From the NCBI GenBank assembly GCA_041082235.1, contig JBDOIG010000308.1, positions 1 through 53,750 of the forward strand: DNA of 53,750 nucleotides. Direction: 5' to 3'. This document shows positions 18,199 through 29,482 of the stretch, piece by piece. The DNA comes from Thermodesulfovibrionales bacterium. GTDB taxonomy: Bacteria > Nitrospirota > Thermodesulfovibrionia > Thermodesulfovibrionales > CALJEL01. A model generated the notes under the pieces. It did not search any database. It saw only the letters and a list, made by a program, of their open reading frames with translations, and had not been told where the DNA came from. The position numbers and the translations under genes were made by a program. Every line of letters begins with the position of its first letter. Positions within the stretch are counted from its first letter, which is position 1.

Positions 18199-19011
18199 TT
18201 GGAAAAGCTGAGGATTGGAAAGATTCCCTATCTTAATCTCTTTCCCTTTTTTTATTTTCTTGAAAAGCTCAAAGAGCCGGTCTTTGAATTTATAGAAGAT
18301 ATACCATCAAGATTGAATAAAAAATTAAGGGCTGGTGAAATAGATATAAGTCCCTCCTCTTCTATTGAATACCTGTTAAACCAGGACCTTTATGAGATTA
18401 TAGAGAACCATTCTATAAGCTCAAAAGGACCTGTAAAGAGCATAATCCTCTTCAGTAAAAGTCCTTTAAAGGAGCTCGCCAATAGGACACTCCTGGTAAC
18501 AGATCAGTCTGATACCTCAATAATACAGTTAGAGATAATAGCAAATATATTCCTCAGGCTTGATATAAAGACAGAGAGGAGTAATCTTTCTTTAGATGAA
18601 GGCCTGAGCGAATATCCTGCCTATTTACTTATCGGTGATGAGGCAATGAAAAATCTCTATCTCAATAAAAAGTTTTATATTTATGACCTTGGAGAACTGT
18701 GGAAAAGATATACAGGTCTTCCCTTTGTGTATGCACTATGGATAATAAGAAAAGATGCCATTAATAACAGAGGTCTCTTGATTAAAAAGCTTAAGGAAGA
18801 ACTTGATAATATAAAAAGAGAGTTTTTAAAAGCCCCTGCTCGGATCTCTCATCTACCAGAGATATCAAAGATTATAGGGCCTCAGGAGGTATTGTCTTAC
18901 TGGGAGACCCTGTCATTTGATTTAACCGAGGAGCATAAAAAGGGATTGGAACTTTTCAGATATTATGCAATGATGCTCAATCAGAAAAAAGATTCTTTAT
19001 CTTATCCATAA
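18199..19011 (+). CDS. mqnA: Chorismate dehydratase (futalosine menaquinone pathway)
   Basis: [35 protein letters not shown]. Confidence 0.88.
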   Translation: MEKLRIGKIPYLNLFPFFYFLEKLKEPVFEFIEDIPSRLNKKLRAGEIDISPSSSIEYLLNQDLYEIIENHSISSKGPVKSIILFSKSPLKELANRTLLVTDQSDTSIIQLEIIANIFLRLDIKTERSNLSLDEGLSEYPAYLLIGDEAMKNLYLNKKFYIYDLGELWKRYTGLPFVYALWIIRKDAINNRGLLIKKLKEELDNIKREFLKAPARISHLPEISKIIGPQEVLSYWETLSFDLTEEHKKGLELFRYYAMMLNQKKDSLSYP

Positions 19012-20077
19012 ATGTCTTTTGAGGTTCCTCATTATTCAGCCTTGCAAGTTCCTCAATAAGCTCTTTTTGCCTTGGTGTAATCTTTTTTGGTACCTCTATG
19101 TAAACCCTTACAATTTGATTACCCCTCGTATGGCTATGAAGCCTCTGAATTCCCTTCCCTTTGAGAACAAACTCTGCGCCTGATGATGTCCCTGGCGGGA
19201 TTCTTAATTTAGCAGGGCCCTCAAGGGTGGGGACCTCTATGTCTGCACCAAGCACTGCCTGAGGAAATGTTATAGGTATCTCACATATTATATTATTACC
19301 ATCCCTTTTGAAAAGGGGATGTTCCTCCACAGTTATATACACATAAAGGTCTCCAGGAGGACCACCATTCTGACCCAGTTCACCCTCACCCCTTAATCTC
19401 AGCTTTGAGCCTGTCTCAACTCCAGCAGGTATCTTTATTGATAATGCCTTTGTCTTTGTGATGAGACCGCTGCCCTTGCATCTTTTGCAGGGATCTCCGA
19501 TTACATAACCCTTTCCATGACATTTCCCGCAGGTCTTTGATATGGTAAAGAATCCCTGCTGGTATCTTACCTGACCTGTACCCCTGCAATTTAGACAGGA
19601 GGAAGGTTTTCTACCCGCTGAACCTGTCCCGGCACAGTCAGCACAGGGCTCTGTCTTTGGTATCTCTATAATCTTTTCAGCACCAAAGGCTGCCTCATGG
19701 AGATTTATCGTGAGGTTGTAACGAAGGTCTTCGCCTCTCCGGGGTCTATGAGTCCTTCTGCCACTGAAGGCACCAAAGAAATCTTCAAAGATATCTTCAA
19801 AGATATCACCAAAGGTACCGGTGAAGGGCCCAAATCCAGGCCCTTCAGTATATGTTGATGTCCCGAACTGGTCATACTGCTGTCTTTTTACAGGATCACT
19901 CAAGCAGGCATAGGCTTCATTTATCTCCTTGAATTTTTCCTCTGCCTCTTTGTTACCAGGATTCCTGTCAGGATGATATTTAAGGGCAAGTTTTCTAAAG
20001 GCCTTCTTTATCTCCTCAGGACTGGCATCCCTTGATACACCGAGGATTTCATAGTAATCCTTCATCTCTCTCATCAA
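18977..20077 (-). CDS. dnaJ: Chaperone DnaJ (start may be the ATG at 20065)
   Basis: J-domain HPD and four CxxCxGxG repeats. Confidence 0.97.
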   Translation of the reverse strand: MMREMKDYYEILGVSRDASPEEIKKAFRKLALKYHPDRNPGNKEAEEKFKEINEAYACLSDPVKRQQYDQFGTSTYTEGPGFGPFTGTFGDIFEDIFEDFFGAFSGRRTHRPRRGEDLRYNLTINLHEAAFGAEKIIEIPKTEPCADCAGTGSAGRKPSSCLNCRGTGQVRYQQGFFTISKTCGKCHGKGYVIGDPCKRCKGSGLITKTKALSIKIPAGVETGSKLRLRGEGELGQNGGPPGDLYVYITVEEHPLFKRDGNNIICEIPITFPQAVLGADIEVPTLEGPAKLRIPPGTSSGAEFVLKGKGIQRLHSHTRGNQIVRVYIEVPKKITPRQKELIEELARLNNEEPQKTFMDKIKNLFSD

Positions 20078-20120
20078 TTATTTTTAACCCCGATCTACAA
20101 CAACAGTACCCGTCTGAATT

Positions 20121-22040
20121 TCACTTTTTGTCCTTTTTATCAACATCCTCAAACTCTGCCTCCACCACATCCTCTTCTTTTTTCTTACCCTCTTCTGAAC
20201 CGGAGGCAGCAGCGCCAGCTCCTGCTCCTGATGCTGCTGCCTTATATATATGCTCAGCAATCTTGTAGGAAGCCCTTGTAAGCTCCTCTATTGCTTTTTT
20301 AATCTCATTTACATCATTAGAAGACTCCTTTACCTTCCTGCACCTGTCAAGCGCCTCCTCAATGGTCTTCTTTTCTGCTTCTGTTACCTTATCACCGTAT
20401 TCTCTCAGGGATTTTTCAACTGAATAAATAAGGTTGTCTGCCTCGTTCCTTACCTCTGCAATCTGCTTCTTTCTCCTGTCTTCCTCTGCGTGAGCCTCAG
20501 CCTCTCTCATCATCCTCTTGATCTCTTCTTCTGTTAATCCACTTGAGGCGGTTATCCTTATGGACTGCTCCTTGCCTGTACCAAGATCTTTTGCCGAGAC
20601 ATGAAGGATTCCATTTGCATCTATATCAAAGGTGACCTCTATCTGAGGCACCCCCCTCGGTGCAGGTGGTATCCCCACAAGCTCAAAGACCCCGAGGAGC
20701 TTATTATCTGCTGCCATGGGTCTCTCACCTTGATACACCTTTATGGTAACAGCGGGCTGATTATCAGTGGCAGTGGTGAATATCTGTGACTTCTTGGTTG
20801 GTATTGTTGTATTCCTTTCTATAATCTTTGTGAAAACACCTCCCAGTGTCTCAATACCAAGCGAAAGAGGTGTAACATCAAGGAGCAGGACCTCCTTTAC
20901 TTCACCCTTAAGTACTGCCGCCTGTATAGCTGCTCCTACTGCAACAACCTCATCAGGATTAACTGTCTTATTCGGGTCTTTGCCAAAATAAGCTTTTACA
21001 GTCTCCTGAACCTTTGGTGTCCTTGTCTGACCACCCACAAGAATCACCTCATCAATATCCTTCTGGGATAGATTTGCATCAGACAGGGCAAGCTTGCATG
21101 GACCCAGGGTCTTCTCTATAAGATCCCCAACGAGCTGTTCTAACTTTGCCCTTGTGAGTTTCATCACCAGGTGCTTTGGGCCTGTGGCATCTGCAGTTAT
21201 AAATGGAAGATTTATCTCTGTCTCCATTGCCTGAGAGAGTTCTATCTTTGCCTTTTCAGCAGCCTCCTTCAGCCTCTGCAGTGCCATCTTATCCTGTCTG
21301 AGGTCAATCCCCTGATCCCTTTTGAATTCCTCTATCATCCAGTCCATAATCCTGAGGTCAAAGTCATCGCCACCAAGATAGGTATCACCATTGGTAGCCC
21401 TGACCTCTATAACACCCTCTCCTATTTCCAGTATAGAAATATCAAAGGTTCCACCACCAAGGTCATAGACCGCTATCTTTTCTTCTTTCTTTTTGTCAAG
21501 ACCGTAGGCAAGGGCTGCTGCTGTTGGTTCATTTATTATCCTCAAGACATTCAAACCAGCAATCCTTCCAGCATCCTTGGTTGCCTGCCTCTGGCTGTCA
21601 TCAAAATATGCCGGGACTGTAATAACCGCCTCTGTAACAGGCTCTCCGAGATAATCCTCTGCAGCCTGTTTAAGCTTCTGAAGTATCATGGCTGATATCT
21701 CAGGAGGTGAATAAACCTTTCCCATAATCTCCACATGAGCATCACCATTTGGAGCCTGCACGATCTTGTAAGGAAGCCTCTTCATAGCCTCTTTAACTTC
21801 AGCAGAATCATATTTCCTTCCCATTAATCTCTTTATTGAAAAGATAGTATTTGTAGGATTGGTTATCGCCTGTCTTTTGGCAATCTGACCAACAAGTCTA
21901 TCGCCTTTCTCTGTAAAGGCTACAACAGAGGGGGTTGTCCTTGAACCCTCCTGATTTGGTATCACAACAGGTTCACCACCTATAACAACTGCAACAACAG
22001 AGTTTGTTGTTCCAAGGTCAATTCCAATTGCCTTTCCCAT
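20121..22040 (-). CDS. dnaK: Chaperone DnaK
   Basis: [17 protein letters not shown], full-length Hsp70. Confidence 0.98.
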   Translation of the reverse strand: MGKAIGIDLGTTNSVVAVVIGGEPVVIPNQEGSRTTPSVVAFTEKGDRLVGQIAKRQAITNPTNTIFSIKRLMGRKYDSAEVKEAMKRLPYKIVQAPNGDAHVEIMGKVYSPPEISAMILQKLKQAAEDYLGEPVTEAVITVPAYFDDSQRQATKDAGRIAGLNVLRIINEPTAAALAYGLDKKKEEKIAVYDLGGGTFDISILEIGEGVIEVRATNGDTYLGGDDFDLRIMDWMIEEFKRDQGIDLRQDKMALQRLKEAAEKAKIELSQAMETEINLPFITADATGPKHLVMKLTRAKLEQLVGDLIEKTLGPCKLALSDANLSQKDIDEVILVGGQTRTPKVQETVKAYFGKDPNKTVNPDEVVAVGAAIQAAVLKGEVKEVLLLDVTPLSLGIETLGGVFTKIIERNTTIPTKKSQIFTTATDNQPAVTIKVYQGERPMAADNKLLGVFELVGIPPAPRGVPQIEVTFDIDANGILHVSAKDLGTGKEQSIRITASSGLTEEEIKRMMREAEAHAEEDRRKKQIAEVRNEADNLIYSVEKSLREYGDKVTEAEKKTIEEALDRCRKVKESSNDVNEIKKAIEELTRASYKIAEHIYKAAASGAGAGAAASGSEEGKKKEEDVVEAEFEDVDKKDKK

Positions 22041-22064
22041 ATTTTCTACCTCCTTTTTTTAAAT

Positions 22065-22661
22065 TTATCCTGTAATCTCTTTCTTTTCAGGTTTTTTTGA
22101 TACCGCTACTAAAGAGGGTCTCAAAACCTTATCCTTATACATATATCCCTTTCTCAACTCCTCTACTACAGTCATTTCATCTACATCATCCCTCTCCACC
22201 ATTGACATTGCCTCATGATACAGGGGATCAAAGGGTTTCATGTATGATTCTATCTGTGAAAGCCCTGCCCTCTCAAGGGCCTTCAGGATCTCTTTCAGGG
22301 TGAGTTTCACACCCTCAACAAGTCCTGAATAGGCATTCTCTGCATGTTTTATGGCCATCTCAAGATTGTCCAGAGAAGGGATAAGAGAATTTATTAATGC
22401 CTCATTAGAGTACTTTATGATATCTTCCTTTTCACGGGTTACCATCTTTTTGTAATTCTCAAATTCTGCATACAGCCTCATATATCTATCCTTTAAGTCC
22501 TCAATCTCCTTTTTGAGGCCATTTATGAATGCCTCTTCATTGAATGTAAGCTCTTGTCTTTCTTCTTTTGGAATCTCTTGTTTTTCCTCATGAACTATAC
22601 CTTGAGGGGTCTCGGAAACATCTTCCCGAAGACCCTCTTTTAGCTCCTTTTCATTATCCAT
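22065..22661 (-). CDS. grpE: Nucleotide exchange factor GrpE
   Basis: RLYAEFENYKK, FDPLYHEA, VLRPSLV; start placed at ATG 22661 behind SD GGAGGT. Confidence 0.94.
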   Translation of the reverse strand: MDNEKELKEGLREDVSETPQGIVHEEKQEIPKEERQELTFNEEAFINGLKKEIEDLKDRYMRLYAEFENYKKMVTREKEDIIKYSNEALINSLIPSLDNLEMAIKHAENAYSGLVEGVKLTLKEILKALERAGLSQIESYMKPFDPLYHEAMSMVERDDVDEMTVVEELRKGYMYKDKVLRPSLVAVSKKPEKKEITG

Positions 22662-23691
22662 GTCTGCACCTCCCTGAAAGGACATCTGTAATAAAATCAG
22701 ATACAGACCTTACCATTGAGATAGCCTTTGCATAATCCATCCTTTTGGGACCTATCAAACATATAGCCCCCGCTGGTCTATCCTTTTCATAATAAGTTGA
22801 TGCCACAATGCTGAAATCCTGCATCTCCTTTATCTGGTTCTCATTGCCTATTATAACCTTCATCCCGTTGCTTTTGTAAATAAGTTCATCAAGGAGATTC
22901 AGGATGAGGTGTTTATCCTCAATCGCCCTTACAAGTTCTCTAATTTTTGAAATATTAAAGAAATCAGGAAGTTCAAAGACCTGAGAAAAACCATGGATAA
23001 AAAGCATATCCTCTGTAAGGAGTGCCTCCCTGCAGAGCCTGATAGATTTTGAGATGAGGGCATCACACATAACCTTCTCCCTTGTCATCTCTTTAAAGAT
23101 TAATTCCCTTATCTCATTTATTGAATAACCAAAAAACCTTAAATTTATATACCTTGCTGCCTCATTCAGCTCGGATTGTGAAAGCGGAGTGCTTATATCA
23201 AGGATTCTTCTTTTAGTAATTCCCTCTGCTGTCTCAAAATTGAAAAGGATCTGTGAGGAACTTAATTTTTTAATCTCTATCTTCTTTATTATTGTGTTTC
23301 CTTCAAAGGGGTGTGAGGCCACACTCACATAATGAGTTAAGGTAGCGAGTGATTTTGTAGTTCTTTCAAGCATCAGTTCAATATTATCTCTAATATCCTC
23401 AAGTCTCCTTGTCAGTTCTCTTATAAGAAGAGTATTTATCTTCGGTTCATTGCTGAGGATATTGTTTACATAGAATCTAAATCCCCTGTCAGTTGGTATC
23501 CTTCCTGCTGAGGTATGAGGTTGAAAAAGATAACCAAGTTCCTCGAGATCAGCCATGACATTCCTTATGGTTGCTGAGGAAAGGTCAAAACCATACTTCT
23601 TTGCAATATGTCTTGATCCAACAGGATCAAGCCTCTGAATATAACTCTCTACCACAGCTATTAATATCTTCTTGGCCCTCTCGTCAAGCAT
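22654..23691 (-). CDS. hrcA: Heat-inducible transcription repressor HrcA
   Basis: SSATIRNVMADLE, QPHTSAGRIPT, GPKRMDY; CIRCE upstream. Confidence 0.95.
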   Translation of the reverse strand: MLDERAKKILIAVVESYIQRLDPVGSRHIAKKYGFDLSSATIRNVMADLEELGYLFQPHTSAGRIPTDRGFRFYVNNILSNEPKINTLLIRELTRRLEDIRDNIELMLERTTKSLATLTHYVSVASHPFEGNTIIKKIEIKKLSSSQILFNFETAEGITKRRILDISTPLSQSELNEAARYINLRFFGYSINEIRELIFKEMTREKVMCDALISKSIRLCREALLTEDMLFIHGFSQVFELPDFFNISKIRELVRAIEDKHLILNLLDELIYKSNGMKVIIGNENQIKEMQDFSIVASTYYEKDRPAGAICLIGPKRMDYAKAISMVRSVSDFITDVLSGRCRHG

Positions 23692-23705
23692 ATCAATCTA
23701 CCTCG

Positions 23706-23732
23706 TTAGCACTCTCAGTGCGAGAGTGCTAA
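23706..23732. promoter_or_regulatory. CIRCE element
   Basis: Exact TTAGCACTC-N9-GAGTGCTAA. Confidence 0.97.
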
Positions 23733-23757
23733 AATTAATATAGCAACTCCTGAGAAT

Positions 23758-24594
23758 CTATGTCAAGTAAAGGAGGCACTCCCTAATTATTCTTGCTGCC
23801 ATGATGGAAGTTATGCCTGATGGATCAAAAGGCGGTGAGACCTCTACTATATCAAGACCTGCAAGCCTTATCCCTCTCAAATTCCTTATAAATGAAAGGA
23901 CATCCCCAGGTCTCCATCCACAGGGTTCAGGGGTACCTGTACCAGGTGAATAGGCGGGATCAAGCACATCTATATCAATGGAGATATATACATCCTTACC
24001 TTTAAGAACTTTAAAAAACTCTTCGGAAGGAAGGTGAGGAGAATAATATATTCCCGAAGACCTGTAATATTCTGCCTCCTCCCTTGAGCCCGACCTGATA
24101 CCAAACTGGAAGATCCTCTCATGAGGGATTATCTCGCTTATCCTTCTCATTACTGTGGCATGGGATAATCTTAAACCGTTGTATTCATCTCTCATGTCAG
24201 CATGGGCATCAAGAGTCACAACATAAAGTTCTTTAAACTTATGTGAAAGGATATCTACAACTGGATAGGTAATAAGATGTTCTCCTCCAATAATAAAGGG
24301 CAGGCTATCTGAATCAAGAAGGTATTTTATAGCCTCCCTTATTTCATCAACTGCCTTTTCAATTGAGCCTGAGATGAGAAGGTCTCCTCTATCAGAGAAT
24401 CTTATATTATGGAGATCACCCCCTGCCAGAAGATCATATTCTTCCAGACCGTAGGAGGCTTCTCTTATAGCAACAGGAGCAAACCTCGTTCCGGGTCTAT
24501 AGGATGTACTGAGGTCCAGTGGTATCCCAACTATTGTAAAAGGACCTCCTTCAGAACTTGCCATAAAGGATCTGGTCTTTTCAAATACCGGCAT
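23758..24594 (-). CDS. speB: Agmatinase / aminopropylagmatine ureohydrolase
   Basis: GGEH, DAHAD and DIDVLDP ureohydrolase motifs; in a polyamine operon. Confidence 0.9.
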   Translation of the reverse strand: MPVFEKTRSFMASSEGGPFTIVGIPLDLSTSYRPGTRFAPVAIREASYGLEEYDLLAGGDLHNIRFSDRGDLLISGSIEKAVDEIREAIKYLLDSDSLPFIIGGEHLITYPVVDILSHKFKELYVVTLDAHADMRDEYNGLRLSHATVMRRISEIIPHERIFQFGIRSGSREEAEYYRSSGIYYSPHLPSEEFFKVLKGKDVYISIDIDVLDPAYSPGTGTPEPCGWRPGDVLSFIRNLRGIRLAGLDIVEVSPPFDPSGITSIMAARIIRECLLYLT

Positions 24595-25411
24595 CTTTTA
24601 AAAACTTTGGCAGCACAAAGGATGCCCTGTGAATGTCAGGGGTATAATATTTTGTTTCAAATTCTGAAGCCCTCTGGGGAATGGAAGGATCATACTTTTT
24701 AGACCCTGCTGTAAAACTCCAGTATCCTGATGGATAGGTTGGGACAGGCGAGGTATAAATCCTGCAGATAGGAAAGACTTTTTCCATAGATGTCTTTACC
24801 TTTTTTATGAGGGAAGTATGAAGAAAGGGCGATTCAGACTGGGTTACAAGAATCCCATCCTTTTTTAATGCCCTGTAGCAGTCTTTATAAAAGGATTCTG
24901 AAAAGAGACCTTCTGCAGGTCCAACAGGATCAGTTGAATCAACTATTATAATATCAAATCTGTTTTCCTGTTGCTGTACATACTTTATACCATCAGCTAT
25001 CTCAACGCTGAATCTGGGGTCTCCTTCAAAGGAGCTGTAAAAGGGAAGGAATTTTTTAGAAACCTCAACAACATCTCTATCTATCTCTACAAGGATCGCC
25101 TCTCTTGTAATCCTGTGTTTAAGGATCTCCCTCAGGGTACCACCATCTCCACCTCCTATAACAAGAACGCTCTCAGGTTCTGGATGACTCAAAAGTGGTA
25201 CATGCGTTATCATCTCATGATAAAAGAATTCATCCCTTTCAGTTGTTTGAAAGGTTCCCTCAAGAAATAACACCCTTCCAAACTGATAGGAGTCCACCAT
25301 AAGGATTTCCTGATATGGTGAGGTCTTTCTGTAAAGCGTCTCCTTTATCTTTATTCCGAGGGACAGGTCAGGGGTCTGTTTTTCTGCCAACCACAATTCT
25401 GTCTCTGGCAT
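24581..25411 (-). CDS. speE: Polyamine aminopropyltransferase
   Basis: YHEMITH, IGGGDGG, DSTDP, PTYPSG. Confidence 0.94.
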   Translation of the reverse strand: MPETELWLAEKQTPDLSLGIKIKETLYRKTSPYQEILMVDSYQFGRVLFLEGTFQTTERDEFFYHEMITHVPLLSHPEPESVLVIGGGDGGTLREILKHRITREAILVEIDRDVVEVSKKFLPFYSSFEGDPRFSVEIADGIKYVQQQENRFDIIIVDSTDPVGPAEGLFSESFYKDCYRALKKDGILVTQSESPFLHTSLIKKVKTSMEKVFPICRIYTSPVPTYPSGYWSFTAGSKKYDPSIPQRASEFETKYYTPDIHRASFVLPKFLKDAGI

Positions 25412-25419
25412 CTTTCACC

Positions 25420-25929
25420 TTAATACCATAGAGGAACTGCTGCAAAGACACAGCCTATCTTTTTTACTATATGCTCAACAGCCTTTACATAGATTTGATT
25501 TAAAGGAAGTCCCCTTACCTCAAAGGCCTCTCTGAGCATATCAACAACCTTTTCCTCCGCCACCTCCCTGGAGCAATAACCTGAAAACTCCATTATCACT
25601 CCATAGCTATCCTTTTTTGAAATACCAACAGCTACAGATGCTGATATGAGCCTACCTTCTTCAGAAGATATAAGGGAACCATAAGCTATAGGAAGAAGAA
25701 TCCCTGGCTGTATATTAACTGTGTCATGATATACCGCTCCCGGGGGAAGGATGCTGCTTACCTTCAGTAGATTTACATTACCTACTCCTGAAAGGAGTAA
25801 GGACCTGTCAAAGGCAGTAAGTTCTGTTTTTCCCTCAGAGGCAGCTCCAACAAGGGAAAATTTTGTGGGCATGGGAAGCCCGGGCATTAGAAATTCTCTT
25901 GTTAATGTCCTTTCTTCTGTCTCTGTCAA
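25420..25929 (-). CDS. pdaD: Pyruvoyl-dependent arginine decarboxylase
   Basis: NLLKVSSILPP self-cleavage motif, GVIMEFSG; TTG start with SD. Confidence 0.88.
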   Translation of the reverse strand: MTETEERTLTREFLMPGLPMPTKFSLVGAASEGKTELTAFDRSLLLSGVGNVNLLKVSSILPPGAVYHDTVNIQPGILLPIAYGSLISSEEGRLISASVAVGISKKDSYGVIMEFSGYCSREVAEEKVVDMLREAFEVRGLPLNQIYVKAVEHIVKKIGCVFAAVPLWY

Positions 25930-26024
25930 CTTTACCTCTCCTTTCCTGGATTTTTAATCCAGATATTATAGTTTTATTAGCAAAGTATTATAAACTAATC
26001 TGTCCCCTGAATCAATAAAAAAAT

Positions 26025-26720
26025 TCATCTTGGCTTTCTTATCTGAAGCAACCTCTTCGCAGCAGCCCTTACAGCCTCTGATACATTTCTGTTCTTTTCC
26101 AGAAGCTCAAGGTCCCTTGTTTTAAGATTTGTCACAAAACCAACCGCTATACCGGGTGGTGTCTTGGGATTTGTTACAAGTGCCTGAACTATAGAATAGT
26201 TTTTCATCCAGTCCCTGTTATTTGCTATTTGTCTCAGGACCTCTTCGGGGATAGACCTCTGTCTTGCTATCATCTCTATCTCTGATTCAGTTATCTTTGG
26301 ATTCTCTATTACACTCAATACCACATCCTTATTTGTATCCTTAATAAGGATTGACCTTATCTCCCGCCCACCTCTCATGGCAAGAAGCCTTCTTTTAGGG
26401 ACAGGGAGTCTCTGAATCTTCATTAAAAGGCTCTCTTTTTTTCTTTCCTCTTTTTCCTCTGTAATAACAGGCCTTGCCGGTGTTATCTGTGATGCCTTTT
26501 GTAAAACAGGAAGGTTAAGGAGGCTGGCTACTTCTGCCTTTATTTCCTCAGGAGTATTATGATGTTCGTAGAGGAGTTTAAGTATTTCAGGTCTCTGCTT
26601 ATTTGCATGAAGGATTTCATTGAATATATTGCTGTCTGAGGCGTCTTCAATAAGTATCTCAATGACATCAGCTGATGTCACTGAGAGGTCCAGACCTATA
26701 GCCCGCTGTTCTTCCATCAC
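26025..26720 (-). CDS. Conserved hypothetical helical-repeat protein
   Basis: Long ORF coupled to tlyA (4-nt overlap); repeated NPK(I/T) helical motifs. Confidence 0.8.
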   Translation of the reverse strand: MMEEQRAIGLDLSVTSADVIEILIEDASDSNIFNEILHANKQRPEILKLLYEHHNTPEEIKAEVASLLNLPVLQKASQITPARPVITEEKEERKKESLLMKIQRLPVPKRRLLAMRGGREIRSILIKDTNKDVVLSVIENPKITESEIEMIARQRSIPEEVLRQIANNRDWMKNYSIVQALVTNPKTPPGIAVGFVTNLKTRDLELLEKNRNVSEAVRAAAKRLLQIRKPR

Positions 26721-27451
26721 TCCTTTTTCAGATATAAAAAGTATTCCACATTTCCCTTCTGTCCTTCAAGGGGTGACCTGAAACTGCCTATAACAGAAAA
26801 ACCCATTCCCTTTGCTTCATTGGCAACCATCTCAACTGCCATAAGTCTCTTTGCCTCATCCCTTACTATCCCGCCCTTTCCCACATCCTTTCTACCGACC
26901 TCAAATTGCGGTTTTACAAGGCACAATGCCTCTCCCTCAGGTTTCAGAAATTCTATCACTCTTGGAAGGACTTTAGTAAGTGATATAAAGGAGACATCTA
27001 CTGTAGCTATATCAATAGCCTCAGGTATGGCATCCCGTTGAAGGTATCTGATATTTGTCTTTTCAAAAAGTATAATCCTTGGATCATTTCTTAAGCTCCA
27101 GGCAAGCTGTCCATACCCAACATCTATACAGTAGACCTTTCTGGCACCGTGCTTGAGAAGGCAATCAGTAAAACCACCTGTAGAACAGCCCACATCCATA
27201 GCAATCTTATGTGTTACATCAATCTTGAAATGTAAAAGGGCTGCTTCAAGTTTAAGCCCTCCCCTGCTTACATAAGGAAGCCCTGCGTCCTTAAGCTGTA
27301 TATCTCTATCAGGATTTATTAATGTCCCTGGTTTTGTGCAGGGATGACCATCAATAAAGACCTTACCCTCCATTACGAGGGATCTTGCCCTCTCACGGGT
27401 GCTCACAAGACCCCTCTCAACAAGCACCCGGTCAAGCCTCTCTTTTTTCAT
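26717..27451 (-). CDS. tlyA: TlyA family RNA methyltransferase
   Basis: S4 domain, YVSRGGLKL, DVGCSTGGFTD, DVSFIS, KPQFE. Confidence 0.95.
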   Translation of the reverse strand: MKKERLDRVLVERGLVSTRERARSLVMEGKVFIDGHPCTKPGTLINPDRDIQLKDAGLPYVSRGGLKLEAALLHFKIDVTHKIAMDVGCSTGGFTDCLLKHGARKVYCIDVGYGQLAWSLRNDPRIILFEKTNIRYLQRDAIPEAIDIATVDVSFISLTKVLPRVIEFLKPEGEALCLVKPQFEVGRKDVGKGGIVRDEAKRLMAVEMVANEAKGMGFSVIGSFRSPLEGQKGNVEYFLYLKKE

Positions 27452-27601
27452 CTTTAAAATAAGGTTTCAAACATTTCTCATAGATAAGCAGGACTATCCA
27501 TTGCCCAATTCAAAAAATGAATTCTCTCCCCGCTTCCACGAAGTGGAATGGATGTCCATAAAGTTACACACGGCATCTTCTTATGTCGCCACTCTTTATG
27601 C

Positions 27602-29482
27602 TCACAGTGTAACAGTAGTCCTTTCCATTAATAAAAGTGCTGAATTTATTATCCCTGTCTTATCAAGCCCGTGTCGCTGTCTCAGCTCCTGCTGGGTACC
27701 GTGTTCCACAAACTGATCAGGTATTCCGAGAGACCTTATATGGATATCCTGTAGCCCCACCCTCTGGAAAAATTCCATTACAGCACTTCCAAAACCTCCA
27801 ATCAGGGCGTTATCTTCAACAGTAATTATCCTCTTTATCCGTCTTGCGAGGGAATAGATAAGGGACTCATCAAGGGGTTTTACAAATCTTGCATTCACTA
27901 CTGTTACATCAATATCCATCTTTCTTAATTCCTCTGCAGCCTCTATTGCTGGAGCCACCATATTACCAATAGCGAGTATCATCAGATCATCTCCACTCAT
28001 GAGTACCTCTGCCTGTCCAACGTCAAAGGGATTCCTCTGGCCTTCTATGATAATAGCCTTCCCCCTGGGATACCTTATGGCTGAGGGACCATCAATCTTC
28101 ATGGAAAGGGCAAGCATTGCCTTCAATTCAATACCGTCTCTGGGAGACATTATAATCATATTTGGTATGAGCCTTAAATAGGAAAGGTCAAATTGCCCCT
28201 GATGAGTGGCTCCATCTTCACCAACTATGCCAGCCCTGTCAATACAGAATGTCACAGGAAGCCTCTGAATACAGACATCGTGTATAATCTGGTCAAAGGC
28301 CCTTTGAAGAAAAGTGGAATATATTGCCACATAGGGTCTCAGACCTTCTCTTGCAAGACCTGCAGCAAAGGTTACAGCGTGCTGTTCAGCGATACCCACA
28401 TCATAAAGTCTCTCAGGAAACCTTTCAGAAAAACAGTTAAGACCTGTCCCGTCCTTCATGGCAGCTGTAATCGCTATAATCCTTTTATCTTTTGAGGCGA
28501 GTTCTGTAAGGTATTGACCAAAAAGCTCACTGTAGGTCTGCTGGGTTGACTTTACAGGACTACCAGTCTCAAGGCTGAAAGGCCCTACGCCATGGAAGAC
28601 ACAGGGATCCTCCTCTGAGTACTTATATCCTTTGCCCTTCTTGGTTATTACATGCAGAAGCACGGGTCCTTTTATATCCTTTAATTTTTTGAGGGTTGAT
28701 ATCAGAAGTTCTATATTATGACCATCAATGGGTCCGAGATATTCAAAGCCAAGCTCCTCAAAGAGGAGGCCAGGTGGCAGGAATATTCCTTTCAGTGTCT
28801 CCTCTGCCTTTTCTGCAAGTCTTGCCACAGGTTCACTGAATTTCCTGGGGATATTTTTAAGTATCTGTTTTGTCTCATCCTTGAATTTTCTATAAAGATT
28901 TCCTGTTAATATCCTGTTCAGATATTCTGCAAGGGCTCCCACATTCTTTGATATGGACATCTCATTGTCATTAAGTATTACAATAAGGTCTTTTTTCCTC
29001 TGGCCTGCGTGATTCAGTGCCTCAAAGGCCATGCCTGCAGTAAGAGCCCCATCTCCAATGACCGCTATCACCCTCTTTTGCTCTCCTTTAATATCCCTTG
29101 CCTCTGCCATTCCAAGGGCTGCTGATATGGATGTGGAACTATGGCCTGTTCCAAAGGCATCATGAGGGCTTTCCTCTATTCTTGGAAATCCAGAGATACC
29201 TCCTGACTTTCTTAATGTATGAAATACACTGTATCTACCTGTGAGAAGTTTATGAGGATAGGACTGGTGGCCCACATCCCAAATTATCCTGTCATGAGGA
29301 GAGTTAAAGACATGGTGAAGGGCTATAGCGATTTCCACAACACCGAGGTTTGAGGCAAGATGACCTCCGTTCCTTGAGACGGTCTCAATTATAACCTGTC
29401 TTATCTCAGAGGCTAAATTCTTTAGTTCCTCAATGCTCAGTCCTTTTATATCTTCTGGTCCTCTTATAGATTCAAGCATCAT
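27602..29482 (-). CDS. dxs: 1-deoxy-D-xylulose-5-phosphate synthase
   Basis: GGHLASNLG, WDVGHQ, GDGALTAG, DVGIAEQHA. Confidence 0.97.
   Translation of the reverse strand: MMLESIRGPEDIKGLSIEELKNLASEIRQVIIETVSRNGGHLASNLGVVEIAIALHHVFNSPHDRIIWDVGHQSYPHKLLTGRYSVFHTLRKSGGISGFPRIEESPHDAFGTGHSSTSISAALGMAEARDIKGEQKRVIAVIGDGALTAGMAFEALNHAGQRKKDLIVILNDNEMSISKNVGALAEYLNRILTGNLYRKFKDETKQILKNIPRKFSEPVARLAEKAEETLKGIFLPPGLLFEELGFEYLGPIDGHNIELLISTLKKLKDIKGPVLLHVITKKGKGYKYSEEDPCVFHGVGPFSLETGSPVKSTQQTYSELFGQYLTELASKDKRIIAITAAMKDGTGLNCFSERFPERLYDVGIAEQHAVTFAAGLAREGLRPYVAIYSTFLQRAFDQIIHDVCIQRLPVTFCIDRAGIVGEDGATHQGQFDLSYLRLIPNMIIMSPRDGIELKAMLALSMKIDGPSAIRYPRGKAIIIEGQRNPFDVGQAEVLMSGDDLMILAIGNMVAPAIEAAEELRKMDIDVTVVNARFVKPLDESLIYSLARRIKRIITVEDNALIGGFGSAVMEFFQRVGLQDIHIRSLGIPDQFVEHGTQQELRQRHGLDKTGIINSALLLMERTTVTL

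Noticed and set aside
27452..27601. 6S RNA or tRNA between dxs and tlyA
   Set aside because: No long rod with a central bubble and no cloverleaf or T-loop motif visible
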